DNA of 64,000 nucleotides, from NCBI RefSeq assembly GCF_003044305.1, contig NZ_PZOX01000005.1, positions 195,493 through 259,492 on the forward strand. The letters are read 5' to 3'. The DNA is from Vitiosangium sp. GDMCC 1.1324. Lineage in GTDB: Bacteria > Myxococcota > Myxococcia > Myxococcales > Myxococcaceae. This document shows, piece after piece, positions 9,695 to 19,406 of this stretch. Every line of letters begins with the position of its first letter. The stretch's first letter is position 1. The position numbers were made by a program, and so were the translations under genes. The notes under the pieces were generated by a model that had not been told where the DNA came from, did no database searches, and saw only the letters and a list, made by a program, of their open reading frames with translations.

Positions 9695-11620
9695 CTACCG
9701 ACGAGGGCGCGGGTCCAGCCAGAATCGGATGTGCTTCACGGCATACGTCACCCGGAGAGAGCCGCCTCCCTGTACAGACGCCGCCCGGGTCGTCCCCACC
9801 TCGAACCCTTGCAGCAACCGTTGCAGGGACAAGGCCGTAGCCCGCACCATCCGCGACCCGGGCGTCTCAAGCAGGCGGAGATCCACGGGTGCATCCGACG
9901 CGATGACCACGAGGGACTCAGGGCGCTCTCCAGCGGGCGGCACGCCAGCGGGCCAATCCAGCTCGAGCCCTACGAGCGCTCCATCCGGGCGGGCCCCCAG
10001 GGTCTCCACACCCTCGGGCCCGAGGACCAGACCCGAGGGTTGCGAGGTGTTCAACAAGGTGATGCAGCCGCTGACTCCAACGTCGAAAACCGAGACATAG
10101 ATGCGGGAGCGCCCCCGGTTGCGCAGGCGAACATAGAGACGCTCTCCCGCGTGGAGGCACGCGCCCACCGAGGGAAGCCGGCGCGTGAGCCCGGCAAACA
10201 CCCGTCCCCACTCGATATCGAGGCAGCCCTCAAGCCAGTCAGCATCCGCAGCACTCTCGAGCTCACGCAGCGTCTGCGCTCGCGCCAGGACCTCCAGCGC
10301 ACGAATGACCTCCAGGGCTCCGTGGGAAGTGAGTGGCAGGGGGTGGACGATGCTGTCCTCATCCGCATCGAGAACGTCCACCCAACCCTCTCCTAGCCTG
10401 ACGCGAGCGAGCACGGACTCCTGCTCGTCCCCGGTGGCCTTCCGTACGAAAGGCGAGGCCTGAAGCCCTTCACTCAGATGCACGTGAAAAGGCGCACTCG
10501 CATCCCAGAGCCCTTCCAGCACCACGGCACGCCGGGGTTGGACAGAACGGAGCAAGAAGGCCGGCGCCCCCGTTGGAATGACGGAGCCGGACCTCCTGTC
10601 CAATTCCACCTGACTGGATCCTCCCAGCACCTCGATGACCCGGGCAAGCGCGAGGGCTCGACGAGCATCCGGTCCGAGGGTACCCAGGGGCATGATCGCG
10701 TACTCGTCCTCCAGGTGGACCCCGTGGAGACGTCCGCCCCGCAACCAGTGGCGATTGCGCTCCGGGAAGTACGGCAGCGCGAGTTCCTGCTCGAGCTCCT
10801 CAAGCAGGAACAACAGCCGCCGCCCAGGGCCTTCAAGCTCGGGCCGCTGCCGGGGACACCGCGCCAGGACCCGCTCTCGGACACGCCGGCCCAACTGACC
10901 CCAGGAGACGCGGAGCCCTCGTGCCTCCTCGAGCACCTCGAGGAACGCATCGGTCAACAGCCCCGTCCTCACCCCACGCGCATTGGTGTACTCGTAGGCG
11001 GACTCATCGAGCGCCGAGGCGACCAGCCGGACCGCATGTGGATTGCTCTCGACGTGGAGCCCTCCGAGTGCACTGCTCCGGGCCCGGAGCCGCGCCAGGT
11101 GAGCGCGCACGACCGGCAGAGGCACCTCCGGGAGCGCCCTCGGCACCAGCCCCAGCCCGCGAGACATACGCGCGGAGAAACAACAATCGAGCACGACCGC
11201 CACGTTCCGTGTCTTTGTCGTCAGCTCCGCCAGCAGCACCGACAGCTCCAGGGAGGTGATCCCACGGAAGTCCTCCTCCGTGGAGCGCTCGAAGTCCGCC
11301 GGCACGATGAACTGGAACCCATCCTCTGGCTCCGGAGACCTCGCGCCGTGACCCGCGTAGTAGACGAAGGCCGCCTCGCCCGGCGCACACACCTCAATGA
11401 GTCGGCGGTAGCCCTGGAGGATGCCCTCGCGCGTCGCCTCCGCGCCCACGCAGCGGAGCACACCAAAGCCGAGCGCGCCCAGCGCGTCCGCCATCCGCTC
11501 CGCATCCCCGAGCACCCCCGTCAGTCCGTGCGTCTGGCTCCCGAGGATGAGTGCATGTCCACGCATTGTCTTTCCTGTCCGAGCAAGGGCCATGCCCAGG
11601 ACCCGCATCGGGCCATACAC
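9695..11620 (-). CDS. Caspase-like cysteine peptidase (peptidase C14 / metacaspase-like domain) with a ~380-aa C-terminal domain of unknown function. The true start is probably an internal Met near 11566.
   Basis: The N-terminal domain reads HALILGSQTHGLTGVLGDAERMADALGALGFGV...AAFVYYAGHGARS...VAVVLDCCFSA. This is the caspase His (YYAGHG) and Cys (DCCFS) dyad in canonical order. There is no signal peptide. Confidence 0.7.
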   Translation of the reverse strand: MYGPMRVLGMALARTGKTMRGHALILGSQTHGLTGVLGDAERMADALGALGFGVLRCVGAEATREGILQGYRRLIEVCAPGEAAFVYYAGHGARSPEPEDGFQFIVPADFERSTEEDFRGITSLELSVLLAELTTKTRNVAVVLDCCFSARMSRGLGLVPRALPEVPLPVVRAHLARLRARSSALGGLHVESNPHAVRLVASALDESAYEYTNARGVRTGLLTDAFLEVLEEARGLRVSWGQLGRRVRERVLARCPRQRPELEGPGRRLLFLLEELEQELALPYFPERNRHWLRGGRLHGVHLEDEYAIMPLGTLGPDARRALALARVIEVLGGSSQVELDRRSGSVIPTGAPAFLLRSVQPRRAVVLEGLWDASAPFHVHLSEGLQASPFVRKATGDEQESVLARVRLGEGWVDVLDADEDSIVHPLPLTSHGALEVIRALEVLARAQTLRELESAADADWLEGCLDIEWGRVFAGLTRRLPSVGACLHAGERLYVRLRNRGRSRIYVSVFDVGVSGCITLLNTSQPSGLVLGPEGVETLGARPDGALVGLELDWPAGVPPAGERPESLVVIASDAPVDLRLLETPGSRMVRATALSLQRLLQGFEVGTTRAASVQGGGSLRVTYAVKHIRFWLDPRPRR

Positions 11621-11983
11621 GGACGCCTCCAGCCAAACAATTGATCGAGGCTTGCTATTCAGCGCGTTCCCCGGTGGTCACTTTCATCCCCAGAATGGAC
11701 ACGAGCGTCCACGTCACTGCTCGAAAGGCATCCTCCACCTCCCATGTGGAGGAGCCATGGCGCGCACCCTCCTGCCTCTCGGCACAATCGCTCCCGATCG
11801 GACACGTCCGTCCATCCGGCGGCCGAAAACGTCCACTCCGCCAGGGAACGAGGCGTGCTGATGCGGATTCTCCACCCGTAGGGCGCCCGTCGTGGGCGGC
11901 ACGGCAGTTGCTCTTGCACCCCAATGCGGTGCCTGGAGCATCGCTTCAGCCCAACACCCCCTCTCCCTCCGAGGACATATCCG

Positions 11984-12586
11984 ATGAATCCCAATACATC
12001 CCCCTCCCACGCCTACCCGCACTCAAGGTCCGTCACCCTTTCCAACGCAGTGTTCGGGGACCTCTACCTCCGGCTCCTGCGCCCGGACGGCAACGGCCTG
12101 GAGCGCTTGCGGAAGATGCGCGACGCCACCCGCGACCCCCACGTCTCCGGCGGCGCCACCGCTTTGGAGCAGTTCCTCACCCAGCTCCTCGACCGGCCGG
12201 TGCGGCTGAGCGAGCCCCAGATTCGCGCGTTCGAGCGCCTCGCCGAGTCGCCCGCCCTCGCCGCGCTCTCACCCTGGAGCGGGCAGCAGCAGCTCGGGGA
12301 AGTCCAGGAGATGGTATCGGCCTCGGACCTTCACGACCTCTACCTGGCGCTCCTCAAGCCGGACGGTGGCCTCGTGAAGCGCGTCAAGGCGGTCCAGGCC
12401 GCCGCTGCCCTGTACGAGCCTGGAACCGCGGGCAGCCGGGACGCTCTGGACCAGGAACTCTCCCGGCTCGTCGGCCGGCCTGTGCAGCTCAGCGAGCCCC
12501 AGCTGCGCTGCTTCAAGGAGCTGCTCGTCGACGAGCCGGCCTTCGCCCACATCGCCCCCTGGGAGGACCTCACCGCGAGCTGGTGA
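11984..12586 (+). CDS. Small cytoplasmic protein built from two tandem ~70-aa repeats; function unknown.
   Basis: The start is MNPNTSPSHAY. Repeat 1 is DLYLRLLRPDGNGLERLRKMRD...RPVRLSEPQIRAFERL. Repeat 2 is DLYLALLKPDGGLVKRVKAVQ...RPVQLSEPQLRCFKEL. It is divergently transcribed from the caspase/trypsin pair. Confidence 0.45.
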   Translation: MNPNTSPSHAYPHSRSVTLSNAVFGDLYLRLLRPDGNGLERLRKMRDATRDPHVSGGATALEQFLTQLLDRPVRLSEPQIRAFERLAESPALAALSPWSGQQQLGEVQEMVSASDLHDLYLALLKPDGGLVKRVKAVQAAAALYEPGTAGSRDALDQELSRLVGRPVQLSEPQLRCFKELLVDEPAFAHIAPWEDLTASW

Positions 12587-12598
12587 ACCCGACTGCCC

Positions 12599-13537
12599 AT
12601 GAGCACCACGATTGATTCCACCTACCGGACGGTGATCGCCAACCTCCCGCCTGACCTGCGCGACCCAGCGCGCGGGCTGCTGTTCGAGCTGGGCCTCGCT
12701 CGCACTCCGGAAGCGGGTTGGGCCGACGTCTTCCAGCTCCAGCCCAGCAGGGATCTGCCCCTCTTCGCCCTGCCCACCGACAGCCCGGGTAGTGAGCATA
12801 CACTCGAGGCCTTCCGGAGGGCCCACCACGGAGCGTGCTTCTACAACGTGCTGGTGGACCGCATGGCCGACCGGCAAGCGCCCACCACGCCCGAGAGAGA
12901 ACGGCTGGCGACGCACTTCCTGGCGTACTGGCGGCAAAGCCTCGCCGAGGCCGATGGGGAAGAGTGCCATACGGCGAAGGTGATTGATCGTGGCATCCGA
13001 GCGTGGCGCCACGGCGTCGGTCTTGAGCGGGCAGCACTGGCGCGACGCTCGCTGAACCTCCGGCGCTACGGCCGCATCATCCTCCTCAAGCTCGGCTGGG
13101 CGGGTGTCGCCAGCGAGTGCCTGCTCCGCCACCGGGTAGAGGAACACAGGGCCCGGCTCTTCCGGTGCGCCTTTTCCCTGCTCGCCTCGGGCATGCAGTG
13201 CGTGGACGACGCGGCGGACACCGCCGAGGACGAAGCGGTCCACGGGCTCGGGATACCCGCGGCGTTGGGATTCCCTCCCACCGCATTCTTCACCGCGGGA
13301 GCCCTGCTGACGAGGGCCGCCGCATCCACCGCGGAGCAGGGCCGGTTCGATCGCTTCGCGGAATGGCTCTCCCACCGCGCGAGCGAGTTGGAGCGGATCC
13401 GCGAACGGCGCGTCCGCCCCGTGGACAACCTCGCCGGAATCGTCATCGCATCTTCATTGGAGGCCGTATGTCTTTCCGTGTCCAGGCCTACCCGCGACAG
13501 CACCGTGGGTATCACCTCTTGCGCCAGCTCGACGTAG
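12599..13537 (+). CDS. Hypothetical all-alpha protein.
   Basis: The 312-aa ORF begins 13 nt after the previous gene. It contains CVDDAADTAEDEA (a DDxxD-like acidic motif). It overlaps the downstream subtilase start by about 70 nt. Confidence 0.4.
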   Translation: MSTTIDSTYRTVIANLPPDLRDPARGLLFELGLARTPEAGWADVFQLQPSRDLPLFALPTDSPGSEHTLEAFRRAHHGACFYNVLVDRMADRQAPTTPERERLATHFLAYWRQSLAEADGEECHTAKVIDRGIRAWRHGVGLERAALARRSLNLRRYGRIILLKLGWAGVASECLLRHRVEEHRARLFRCAFSLLASGMQCVDDAADTAEDEAVHGLGIPAALGFPPTAFFTAGALLTRAAASTAEQGRFDRFAEWLSHRASELERIRERRVRPVDNLAGIVIASSLEAVCLSVSRPTRDSTVGITSCASST

Positions 13538-15339
13538 CCCTCTCGGCCGACGATCTGCCCTACCAGGACTTCTCGATCGTCTCGCCCCTCCCAGGAGCGG
13601 ATGGCCGTCCGCTGCCTGTCCCCGCGAGCTGGGTTTCCTTTCCCTCGGTCGGCAAAGAGCGACTGTACGTCTCGCCGTCGATCGATGAGGGGGCACTGCC
13701 CGCACGCTTCATCCAACCCCTTGTGTGTCGCAGACGCGGCCATCCAGCGCGTGGAGTGGGCTACATCGGCGTGGACAGCCATGTTTCCATGGGCGAGCGC
13801 TACGCTCCCCAGCCCACTCCGAACGAGCTTCTGCCTCCCACCACCGCAGAGCAACCCGAGATCGGTCTGCCACGCCCACGGCTCGCCATCGACACCCTGC
13901 TGCGCGCCATCGGCCTTCCCTCACCCAATAGCCCCGCGGTGGGCTGGGACGGTCATCCGCGCGCCCCGGTCCGGGTGGCCGTCATCGACACGGACTGCGG
14001 CGGCTGGGGCGTCCTGCGTGGCCTGGATGAGAGCACCGTCCACCAGGCGCCCTCGGAGCAGGGGTTGCGATTTCCACGGGGTCAGCAAGCACCGGAGCCT
14101 GTGCAGCCGATGGCGGGGCACGGAGTGGTGATGGCCGCCGCGATCGAGGCGGTGGCCATGAACGTACGGCTCGGACTGTTCGAAATTCCCTTCGCGCACG
14201 CCTCCCACGTCCATGGGACCGACCTGGCGGCGGCCCTGGCCCGAGCCGTGGGTGACTGGGGTGCAGATGTCGTCCTGATCGCCATGGCCCATTCGGGTTG
14301 GGGGGTTCCCGCCCACCTGCGGGCCATCCTGCGAGGCTGCGCCCGGAGCGGCCGTGGTGGCCGGGGAGCCATCATCGTGTGCTGTACCGGGCGCATCGAT
14401 CAGAACCGGGATGTTCATGGAGACAGCACGGTCCTCGCGGCCGATGACTTCAACGCCCAGCCTTGGGTCATCCCGGTGGCGGCCTGCGGCCTCAGGGGCG
14501 GCTGGTACCGGGTCCACCGCCATCCCCTCGGGCGACTGGGTCCTTCCGTCGAGCTCTGCGCGCCGGGGGAGCTCGTCACGTTTCCGGACGTGGGGGCGGC
14601 GGACGACTCGAGTCTGGCCGCGGCGCTGGTCGCCGGCACCGCCGCCCGCATGCTGGCAACCCATCCGGAATTGAGCCTCGTCGAAGTCCGCCAGCTCCTG
14701 CGCGCCACGGCCCTGAAGTTGCCCTCCGAGGAAGAGCCCACCGCACCGGGCCTGGAGGCCGATCGTTTCAATGAATGGGACGGTGCCGGGCACAACTTCA
14801 AGCTGGGCCATGGAAGGGTCGACGCGCAGGGGGCCTGTCTGGCCGCAGCCGACCCGGTCTGTTACGCCTTGCTGGCCACGCGTCGCGCCCTCTCCGACCA
14901 ATCAGACAGCCCCTCCACTGCTGGGGTGGAGTTGGAGGCGGCGCGAGGATGGGAGTCCCTTCTGCGGAACCTGGCGCCTCGGAGCGATCTGGCCCAACGC
15001 TATCTGGCCCTGCGTGGGTACCTGGTCCCACTGGTGCTGCGCACCCCTGCCCTGCAGGATGCCCTCTTCTGGCTCGCGCGCCACCTGCGCGCCCTGCGGC
15101 TGTACGGCCCTCCCGTGTGGCCGGAGGATGGAACGGACCATGGCGCGCTCGGAGATCGCTGCCTCCACGTGCTCGAGGTGCTGGGCGATTCGCTGGAGCA
15201 GGCCCCAGCCGAGGTCCCGGTCAAGGAGGCGTCGAGATGGCTTTACGAGCTGGTGCGCCTCCTTGAGGCCATGCCTCCCCAGACGGTTGCCCGCTTCCTC
15301 GCCAAGGCTTGCGCATTCCCCACGGCGGCACCGGGCTAG
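13468..15339 (+). CDS. Intracellular subtilisin-like serine peptidase (S8 family) with a ~200-aa C-terminal extension.
   Basis: ATG at 13468 follows a GGAGG ribosome-binding site at 13459-13463. The S8 motifs in order are VAVIDTDCGG (Asp), GHGVVMAAAI (His) and GAADDSSLAAALVAGTAARMLATHPELSLVEVRQLL (Ser plus the conserved helix, compare GTSMAAPHVAGAAAL...HP). There is no signal peptide. The 740-aa ORF 13117.. is an upstream extension in a GC-rich reading frame. Confidence 0.65.
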   Translation: MSFRVQAYPRQHRGYHLLRQLDVALSADDLPYQDFSIVSPLPGADGRPLPVPASWVSFPSVGKERLYVSPSIDEGALPARFIQPLVCRRRGHPARGVGYIGVDSHVSMGERYAPQPTPNELLPPTTAEQPEIGLPRPRLAIDTLLRAIGLPSPNSPAVGWDGHPRAPVRVAVIDTDCGGWGVLRGLDESTVHQAPSEQGLRFPRGQQAPEPVQPMAGHGVVMAAAIEAVAMNVRLGLFEIPFAHASHVHGTDLAAALARAVGDWGADVVLIAMAHSGWGVPAHLRAILRGCARSGRGGRGAIIVCCTGRIDQNRDVHGDSTVLAADDFNAQPWVIPVAACGLRGGWYRVHRHPLGRLGPSVELCAPGELVTFPDVGAADDSSLAAALVAGTAARMLATHPELSLVEVRQLLRATALKLPSEEEPTAPGLEADRFNEWDGAGHNFKLGHGRVDAQGACLAAADPVCYALLATRRALSDQSDSPSTAGVELEAARGWESLLRNLAPRSDLAQRYLALRGYLVPLVLRTPALQDALFWLARHLRALRLYGPPVWPEDGTDHGALGDRCLHVLEVLGDSLEQAPAEVPVKEASRWLYELVRLLEAMPPQTVARFLAKACAFPTAAPG

Positions 15340-15345
15340 ACTCCC

Positions 15346-17694
15346 TTGCGCTCCAGACCAGGAAGAACGATGGCCCCAGCAACGAATTCGCGAGTCCAAC
15401 ACCCTCGGGGACATCGCCTGCTCTTCCCGTCGCTCCTGGCATTCGTGCTCACGGGGGTTGCCGCGGCCAGCGCGTACACCACCCTGGGCAAGCATTTCCC
15501 CTCGCTCCTGGTGGATGCCTACCACTTCTATTCGATCGTCGAGTTGCCCTCGTGGGAGCGCACCGAGCCCCGCCCGCACGTGAGCCACCGCCTGGTGGCC
15601 GTGAATGGAGTGACTCTGCCGGAGAAGGCCCCTCTTCCATCACCCCTGGAGCTCTACGAGCTCATGGCGGGCACCTCCAGAGACTCGATGGCCCACCTCG
15701 AGTTCGAGGATCCGCGGGGTCGATCTTTCCCTCCCATCCACTCCCGCGTCAGCTGCTTCGGTGCCGAAGAGCTCCTGTTCTTCTTCGTCGCGTATGCGCT
15801 GGCGGCTTGGCTGGTGCTCTGGTCCGGAGGCCTGGTCTTCACCGTGTGCGGCCGTCCCGCCGCGCGGCGTGCCTACACGTTCTGGTCGGTCGTGACCTTT
15901 CTTCTCCTGCTCTCCTTCTACGACTACCACACGAATGCATGGCTCGCGCCGTTCTTCTCGGTTTCGGCGGTAGGCATTCCGCTCGGGGCGCTCTGGCTGG
16001 CCTATGCCTTCCCAAGGCCACCCCGGTGGAGGGCGACTATCATTCGCCGCGGGCTCATCGTCCTGACGGTGCTGGGAGCCGGAACGGCCACCGGTCTCGT
16101 GGTGGCGCGCTTCACCGGATGGAATGTCTACCCCATCCGCAATGCCATCGATCATCTGATGGCCCCCAGCTTCGTAACCCTCGCGGGGATCGTCCTCCTC
16201 CGGATGCGGCGTAGCACGGGACTGGAACGCACCGAGTTGGTCACCGCGTCCTGGGGCCTCATCACCACGCCCTTGCTGCTGGCACTCGTGCACGTGCTCT
16301 CCCTCATCACCGGCAGGGACGTGCGACACCTGGTGCTGCCCTTCGCGGTCCTCCTCTTTCCGCTCTCCATCGGATACGCCTTGATTCGCAACAACATCCT
16401 GGAAGCCCGGACGGTGCTGACCTCGAGGATGTTGAGGGTTCCATTCGCCCTGGGGGCCATCCTCCTGTCGGTCCTGGGCACATACCTGGCCTATCTGGCC
16501 ACCCGGAACGGACAGGTCGTGCTTGATCTGCTCTTCCTGCTGGGCTTCGCACTCTTCCTCCTCTTGATGGTGCTCGCCCGGCACATTCAGACGCGGCTGT
16601 TCTTCCCCTCCACCCTTGCATTCCGAGGCACCGTCCAGGGCCTCAGTGACAGGCTGGCCGCACTGCGTGACATTCCCGCCATCCGGCGAGCCGTGGAGGA
16701 GGCGGTGGTGAAGACCCTTCCCACCCTCTCGGCCCAGGTTGTCGAGCCCGGAGCGCTTGTCGAGCTCTCCTATCTTCCTGGTGACTCCCAGGAGCGGCTC
16801 GCACGGGGGGAAAACCTCTGGACGGCGCAAAGCCCCCGCGATCAGCACCTCCTGCTCCCCATGCGCTCGCTGGGAGAGCTTCGAGCCGTGCTGCTCGTCG
16901 CTCCCAAGCGTGGGGCGGCCCTCTACACCCAGGAAGACATCCACCTGCTGGAGACGCTCGCCAGCCTGGGTGCCCTGGCCCTTCACAACGCCGAGGTCGT
17001 TCAGGAGCTCGAGTCCATCAGGCGCCTTGAGGTGGGCGCGGCCCAGAAAGAAAAACAGCTGACGCTCAGTGCGTTGAGTGAGGAGCTGTGCCACGAGATG
17101 GTCTATCCCCTGAACTTCCTCCAGGATCTCCTCCGGCGAGGTGCCAGCGGTCAGCCGCTCGACGAGGAGGACCTCTCCTTCGCACGCGATGAGGTCGACC
17201 GCATGAAGCGGATGCTCGACTCCCTGCGCCGACTCCAGCTCCCCACCCCCCGGCTCGCTCCACTCCAGCTCCTCGGACACATCCAGCGAGCGCTCCTGCT
17301 CGTCCGCGAGCCGATCCACGAAAAGAAGCTGTCCGTCACGATCGATGTCCCCCCCGAGCTGACCGTGAACGCCGAGGGGGGCGCCCTCGTGCAGCTCCTC
17401 AGCAACCTCCTGCGCAACGCAGCCCAGGCGACCCCCGAGGCGGGAGCTATTGGCATCCGTCTCCACCAGGGTCCCGGGGGTCAGCTCCTCGACGTCTGGG
17501 ACACAGGCCCTGGCATCCCAGAGCATGTGGCGCCCGCCCTCTTCACCAGCCGCCGCATCAGCACGAAGCAGGGAGGGTATGGCATTGGACTGACCGTGGT
17601 CCAGCGCATCGCCTACACCTTCCAATGGGACATCTCCTTCCGGCGTGAATCGGAGCGCACGTTGTTCCGACTCACCCTTCCCCACCCGCCATGA
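15346..17694 (+). CDS. Membrane sensor histidine kinase with a multi-TM (7TM-type) N-terminal sensor, HisKA and HATPase_c domains.
   Basis: There are 7-8 hydrophobic segments in residues ~30-400. The H-box reads LSEELCHEMVYPLNFL. The N, G1 and G2 boxes read LLSNLLRNAAQAT, VWDTGPGIP and GGYGIGLTVV. The start may be the Met at 15370 (MAPATNS). Confidence 0.7.
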   Translation: MRSRPGRTMAPATNSRVQHPRGHRLLFPSLLAFVLTGVAAASAYTTLGKHFPSLLVDAYHFYSIVELPSWERTEPRPHVSHRLVAVNGVTLPEKAPLPSPLELYELMAGTSRDSMAHLEFEDPRGRSFPPIHSRVSCFGAEELLFFFVAYALAAWLVLWSGGLVFTVCGRPAARRAYTFWSVVTFLLLLSFYDYHTNAWLAPFFSVSAVGIPLGALWLAYAFPRPPRWRATIIRRGLIVLTVLGAGTATGLVVARFTGWNVYPIRNAIDHLMAPSFVTLAGIVLLRMRRSTGLERTELVTASWGLITTPLLLALVHVLSLITGRDVRHLVLPFAVLLFPLSIGYALIRNNILEARTVLTSRMLRVPFALGAILLSVLGTYLAYLATRNGQVVLDLLFLLGFALFLLLMVLARHIQTRLFFPSTLAFRGTVQGLSDRLAALRDIPAIRRAVEEAVVKTLPTLSAQVVEPGALVELSYLPGDSQERLARGENLWTAQSPRDQHLLLPMRSLGELRAVLLVAPKRGAALYTQEDIHLLETLASLGALALHNAEVVQELESIRRLEVGAAQKEKQLTLSALSEELCHEMVYPLNFLQDLLRRGASGQPLDEEDLSFARDEVDRMKRMLDSLRRLQLPTPRLAPLQLLGHIQRALLLVREPIHEKKLSVTIDVPPELTVNAEGGALVQLLSNLLRNAAQATPEAGAIGIRLHQGPGGQLLDVWDTGPGIPEHVAPALFTSRRISTKQGGYGIGLTVVQRIAYTFQWDISFRRESERTLFRLTLPHPP

Positions 17695-19163
17695 ACTTCG
17701 ACGATACGAATGAACAGCGGCTTCTCAGGGTCCTCATCGTCGATGACGAGAGAATGGCGCTGAGGAGTCTGTCCGGCATCCTGCAATCCCTCGGAAACAT
17801 CGAGCTCCATCGCGCCAGCAACCTGGCCGAGGCCCGGCAGATCCTCGAGGAGGCCGTGCTCGACATCGCCTTCATCGATCTACAGCTCTCTCAAGACATC
17901 CGGAACCGGGATGGCTTCACACTCGTCCAGGAGATCCGCGGCCGTTACCAGACGGTGCCCGTCGTGGTGAGCAGCCACAGCCAGCCCAACGAGATCCGCG
18001 AGGCCATGAAGCTGGGCGCCGAAGACTACGTGCTCAAGACGGAAATCGATCAGCGGGTCCCCATCATCATCAAGGAGCTGCGCCACAAGCTCGAGCTGAA
18101 TCAGGAGTTGCTGGACCTCCGGGCCCGAGGAGCCCCCGACTCGAACCTTGGACTCATTGGCACCTCGGTGGCCATGCAGAACCTGCGAGCCCTGCTCCAG
18201 CGAGTGGCCACGGCCGACCTCCAGGAACCGGTGCCCGTCCTCATCCTGGGGCCGACGGGCTCCGGAAAGGAGCTGGTGGCCCAGGGCATCCACAAGCTCG
18301 GTCCCCATCCCTCCGAGCCCTTCTTCGACATCAACTGCGGTGCACTCGCCGAGACCCTGGTCGAGGATCAGCTCTTCGGACACGTCCGGGGCGCCTTCAC
18401 CGACGCCACCCGGGACCAGGACGGGTACTTCACGCTCGTGCGGCGAGGCACCCTCTTCCTGGACGAGGTGGCCGAGCTGACCCCGGCCCTCCAGGCCAGG
18501 CTGCTGCGCGTCCTGGAGACGCGACGTTTCAGGCCCGTCGGTCCCACCGCCCGCGAACAGTTCTTCCAGGGCCGCATCGTCGCCGCCACCCACGTCGACC
18601 TCCAGGAGCGCGTCCGAAAAGGGCAGTTCCGCGAGGACCTCTTCCACCGGCTCAACGTGCTGTTGATCCGCGTCCCCCCGCTCTCGGGGCACCGGGAGGA
18701 CATCCCGGCGCTCGTCCAGCACTTCGTCGCCGGGCACCGCAAGCCATTGCATTTCACGCAGGAGGCCATCGAGCAGCTCTGCCGACGACCCTGGCCGGGT
18801 AACATCCGCGAGCTGCGCAACGCCATCTACCGGCTGGCCATCCTCGCCGACTCCGAGCGCATCGACGCGGAGATGCTCGAGCGCTATCTCCCCCTGGAGT
18901 CCAATGGAGCCCCGGGTGACGTGCTGGAGGAGCTGTTGAGCCATATGGCTCGGCAGCTCCTCTCCCTTCCCCTCCCCGGCCAGGACAGAAGCCACGTCAT
19001 CACCAAGGCCCTTGTGCTGGAGGCAATGGAACAGGCGCGTGACAACAAGACGGAGGCCGGCAAGAAGCTGGGGTGGAACCGCAAGGCCGTCGAGCGCTTC
19101 CTCAAGAACCTCGACGACTCCGAATCTGGCGAGGACGAAGACAAGGGCGAGCCGGTGGTGTGA
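17691..19163 (+). CDS. Sigma-54-dependent response regulator (NtrC-family enhancer-binding protein).
   Basis: The REC domain reads RVLIVDDERMALRSL...DIAFIDLQL. The AAA+ sigma-54 activator domain has Walker A GPTGSGKELVA, GAFTDA, GTLFLDEV and the FGH loop. There is a C-terminal HTH. An ATGA overlap with the kinase indicates an operon. Confidence 0.8.
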   Translation: MNFDDTNEQRLLRVLIVDDERMALRSLSGILQSLGNIELHRASNLAEARQILEEAVLDIAFIDLQLSQDIRNRDGFTLVQEIRGRYQTVPVVVSSHSQPNEIREAMKLGAEDYVLKTEIDQRVPIIIKELRHKLELNQELLDLRARGAPDSNLGLIGTSVAMQNLRALLQRVATADLQEPVPVLILGPTGSGKELVAQGIHKLGPHPSEPFFDINCGALAETLVEDQLFGHVRGAFTDATRDQDGYFTLVRRGTLFLDEVAELTPALQARLLRVLETRRFRPVGPTAREQFFQGRIVAATHVDLQERVRKGQFREDLFHRLNVLLIRVPPLSGHREDIPALVQHFVAGHRKPLHFTQEAIEQLCRRPWPGNIRELRNAIYRLAILADSERIDAEMLERYLPLESNGAPGDVLEELLSHMARQLLSLPLPGQDRSHVITKALVLEAMEQARDNKTEAGKKLGWNRKAVERFLKNLDDSESGEDEDKGEPVV

Positions 19164-19279
19164 ACCGACGCACGTGGACGGTTCTGTCCAACCTCCACGT
19201 CCCGGTGGTCGACTCCGTCCAGGCTCGGAAGGGGCTCCAGGACGTTCTTCCCTCTGAAGAAACCTCCGCGGCCATGCAC

Positions 19280-19295
19280 TGGCTCACTGCTTGCT
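19280..19295 (+). promoter_or_regulatory. Candidate sigma-54 (-24/-12) promoter for the downstream repeat lipoprotein gene.
   Basis: TGGCTCACTGCTTGCT matches TGGCAC-N5-TTGC with exact GG-N10-GC spacing. It lies ~110 nt upstream of the ATG at 19407. It is directly downstream of the sigma-54 activator gene. An identical element occurs at 24499. Confidence 0.5.
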
Positions 19296-19406
19296 AGTCA
19301 TCACCTCGGCTGAAGTCACCCAGCCCCCCAGGGCAGGAGGGGAGTGTCGGGGGGCGCCCCCTCCTGTCGTGGTGGACGGATAGCCCCAGGTACGGAGGTT
19401 TCAACA

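Noticed and set aside
12599-13537. Terpene-synthase or prenyltransferase call based on CVDDAADTAED (DDxxD-like).
   Set aside because: A single acidic motif without the second NSE/DTE or DDxxD motif and without alignment support is left as hypothetical.
13117-15339. 740-aa ORF as a single subtilase CDS.
   Set aside because: The first 117 codons overlap the upstream gene in another frame. A GGAGG ribosome-binding site and ATG at 13468 give a sensible S8 start, and the long N-terminal extension is a GC-rich open frame.
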